Shown: positions 62,328 through 64,000 of the stretch, piece by piece | Layout of the letters: each line of letters opens with the position of its first letter | How positions within the stretch are numbered: position 1 is the stretch's first letter | Source: a virus | Taxonomy: Duplodnaviria > Heunggongvirae > Uroviricota > Caudoviricetes | IMG/VR virus record: IMGVR_UViG_3300048904_000202 | Coordinates: 68,007-132,006 of that record | Length of the DNA: 64,000 nucleotides | Direction: 5' to 3' (one strand) | Position numbers and translations under genes: made by a program | The notes under the pieces: model-generated | Database searches by the model: none | What the model saw: only the letters and a program-made list of their open reading frames with translations | Told to the model about the DNA's origin: nothing

Positions 62328-64000
62328 GTGTCCGAGACAGCAGAACAGAAAAAGGACCGACTGCGTACCAGTGAAAAGCTCCTCAAGGCGCTTTCCGCTG
62401 AGGTAGAAGAATGCCTCGATCGTGGAAAGCCCATGTCCGAGAAGGCGTACAAGCAGTTGGTCGCGATCAGCGGCACGACAAACTTGGACGGCCAGATGCT
62501 CGCGCTGGACCATTTCATGGAAGAGACCGAGCGCGAACTTACCGAGGTTTGGACCGGTCTGGCGAAGAACTCATACCACCACTTCTACGAGTGGATGGCG
62601 CGAAACGAAGGCGACGACGAGGAAGGCTACACCATGTCGCCGCACCAGCGGCTGATCGGTGATCTGCTCATGTCGTCGGCGTCGAAGGAGACCATGCGGT
62701 TCATGCTCTCCATGCCGCCGGGCCACTGCAAGTCGACCCATTCCTCGCACCACTTCCCTGCGTGGTGGATCGGCCGCAACCCGCGCCGCATCTTCCTGCA
62801 AGCCGGCCACAGTCAGGACTTCGTGTCGAACGAGCTTGGCGCCAAGGTCAAGTCGATCATCGACAGCGAGGATTACACCGCCGTCTTCCCGACGATCAAA
62901 GTCCGCTCCGACATGCGAGCCAAGGACTATTGGGGGCTCACCAACAAGAAGGGCAAGTACGTCGCCAAGGGCGCGGGGCAGGGCATTTCTGGCTTCCGTG
63001 GTCACTATGGAATGGTCGACGATCCCTACGCCAGCCGCGAACACGCTGAAAGCGCCACGATCCGCGAGAAGGTGTTCAAGTGGTATTCAGACGATTTTAG
63101 CACCCGACTTCTGCCGGGCTCGCCGCTGGGAATTATTATGACCCGGTGGCACTCTGATGACCTCTGCGGACGTATTACAGATCGCGAAGCAAAAGAACTT
63201 TTGGAGGCCCAAGAAAAGGCGCAAAAACTTCTCCTCGAAAATATCGCGGAAAACGAGCCGCTTAGGGGCCGTTACCGTTTCGAGATAATTAATCTCCCGG
63301 CGATCTGCGAAGACGAGGACGATGTTCTAGGCCGCGCGGTTGGCGAACCTTTGTGGCCCGAGGTGTTCAATCTCGATGCTCTGACAAATCTTCGAGCAGA
63401 CATGACGGGGCCGTCGTGGAACTCCCTCTATCAGGGAACGCCCATCGACATCTCCGGCGGCGTCGTCGCGGGCGACTGGTTCAAGCGCTACACGAAGCTG
63501 CCCGGCACGATGGAAGGCAACGCGCCGACCAACCAAATCCGGCGCACGACGGTGTCGGTCGACGCGGCCAACACGGCGAAGGAACGTAGCGACTACACGG
63601 TCATCACGGTCTGGATCGAGGACATGGTGAAGAACCACTACCTCGTCGATGTGGTCCGCAAGCAGATCGAGCTTCCCGAACTGACGACCGAAATCGCTCG
63701 CGTCTGCAAACGCTACAACGCCGACGCGCTGCTGGTCGAAGCCAAGGGTAACGGTCTCGCCTACATCCAGTCGAAGCGCGATGGCGGAGCCCCGGCGCCG
63801 ATCATCTCGATCGAGGTGGGGCAGGCGTCGAAGCAGTTCCGTTTCGACGAAGTGTCGCCGATGATCGAGGGTGGTCAGGTCTATTTGCCCGAGCGCGCCT
63901 CGTGGCTGCCGGACTATGAGAAGGAACTGATCGGCTTCCCGAACGCGAAGTACGACGACCAAGTCGACTCGACCTCGCAGTACCTGAAATGGGCCAAGGG
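62328..64000 (+). CDS. terminase large subunit (partial, continues beyond window end)
   Basis: Open frame without a stop to position 64000, hence absent from the ORF track; Walker A-like LSMPPGHCKST, later TDDP/nuclease-region-like blocks; GTG 62328 sits in frame 3 nt after the TerS stop, or ATG 62433. Confidence 0.8.
   Translation, partial: MSETAEQKKDRLRTSEKLLKALSAEVEECLDRGKPMSEKAYKQLVAISGTTNLDGQMLALDHFMEETERELTEVWTGLAKNSYHHFYEWMARNEGDDEEGYTMSPHQRLIGDLLMSSASKETMRFMLSMPPGHCKSTHSSHHFPAWWIGRNPRRIFLQAGHSQDFVSNELGAKVKSIIDSEDYTAVFPTIKVRSDMRAKDYWGLTNKKGKYVAKGAGQGISGFRGHYGMVDDPYASREHAESATIREKVFKWYSDDFSTRLLPGSPLGIIMTRWHSDDLCGRITDREAKELLEAQEKAQKLLLENIAENEPLRGRYRFEIINLPAICEDEDDVLGRAVGEPLWPEVFNLDALTNLRADMTGPSWNSLYQGTPIDISGGVVAGDWFKRYTKLPGTMEGNAPTNQIRRTTVSVDAANTAKERSDYTVITVWIEDMVKNHYLVDVVRKQIELPELTTEIARVCKRYNADALLVEAKGNGLAYIQSKRDGGAPAPIISIEVGQASKQFRFDEVSPMIEGGQVYLPERASWLPDYEKELIGFPNAKYDDQVDSTSQYLKWAK

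Larger units (their letters stand above)
4555..64000. mobile_element. prophage (partial; left boundary uncertain between about 4.5 kb and the att-like repeats at 7.6-7.9 kb)
   Basis: Integrase, lysis genes, RuvC-like resolvase, TerS/TerL, dense overlapping small ORFs and phage-specific promoter motifs throughout. Confidence 0.8.

Noticed and set aside
1-64000. tRNA or rRNA genes (tRNA is a common att site)
   Set aside because: No cloverleaf-compatible segment with a GTTCRANYC-like T-arm was found by eye near the integrase or elsewhere. This cannot be excluded without a tRNA scanner.

Overview
This high-GC window is almost entirely temperate-phage (prophage) DNA, continuing beyond the right edge at 64000. 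A tyrosine integrase (7887-9296, minus) sits next to a repeat-rich, gene-free att-like region (7641-7890). Its left neighbours (5560-7568, minus) share the prophage promoter motif, so the phage-like DNA may start near the 4.5 kb terminator rather than at the integrase. The region 9.3-59.1 kb is one leftward (minus-strand) block of about 110 tightly packed, mostly small ORFan genes. Many have 1-4 nt start/stop overlaps (ATGA, GTGA, TGATG). At 59.15-59.83 kb a divergent control region holds six CGTGATG iterons and an AT-rich block, a candidate origin. To its right the plus-strand late/packaging genes begin: small proteins, a RuvC-like resolvase, TerS, and a TerL that runs off the window and is therefore missing from the ORF track.

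Recognisable cargo in the leftward block:
- a phage NAD+ salvage pair, NadV/NAMPT plus NadM-Nudix, and a separate NadE-like PP-loop enzyme
- a T4 Pnk-like kinase-only protein
- a BCS1-like AAA+ ATPase, a SLOG (DprA-like) protein and a monothiol thioredoxin
- a lysis cluster holding a GH24 lysozyme and an SPFH/band-7 lipoprotein
- a tandem array of five paralogous small proteins with ssrA-like LAA ends

The striking non-coding signal is a conserved promoter-leader cassette, TTGACR-N17-TAGnCn ... GATTCG hairpin ... GAATCAGGGAGACAC-ATG, repeated at least 15 times in front of minus-strand genes. A second motif (GTTAGTTTCGCTTGAC) is used on both strands. The far-left plus-strand segment (RtcB, metallophosphoesterase, HTH proteins, membrane proteins) ends at a bidirectional terminator near 4.5 kb. 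No rRNA, tRNA or CRISPR array was found by eye. Coordinates I revised by hand may be off by 1-3 nt.
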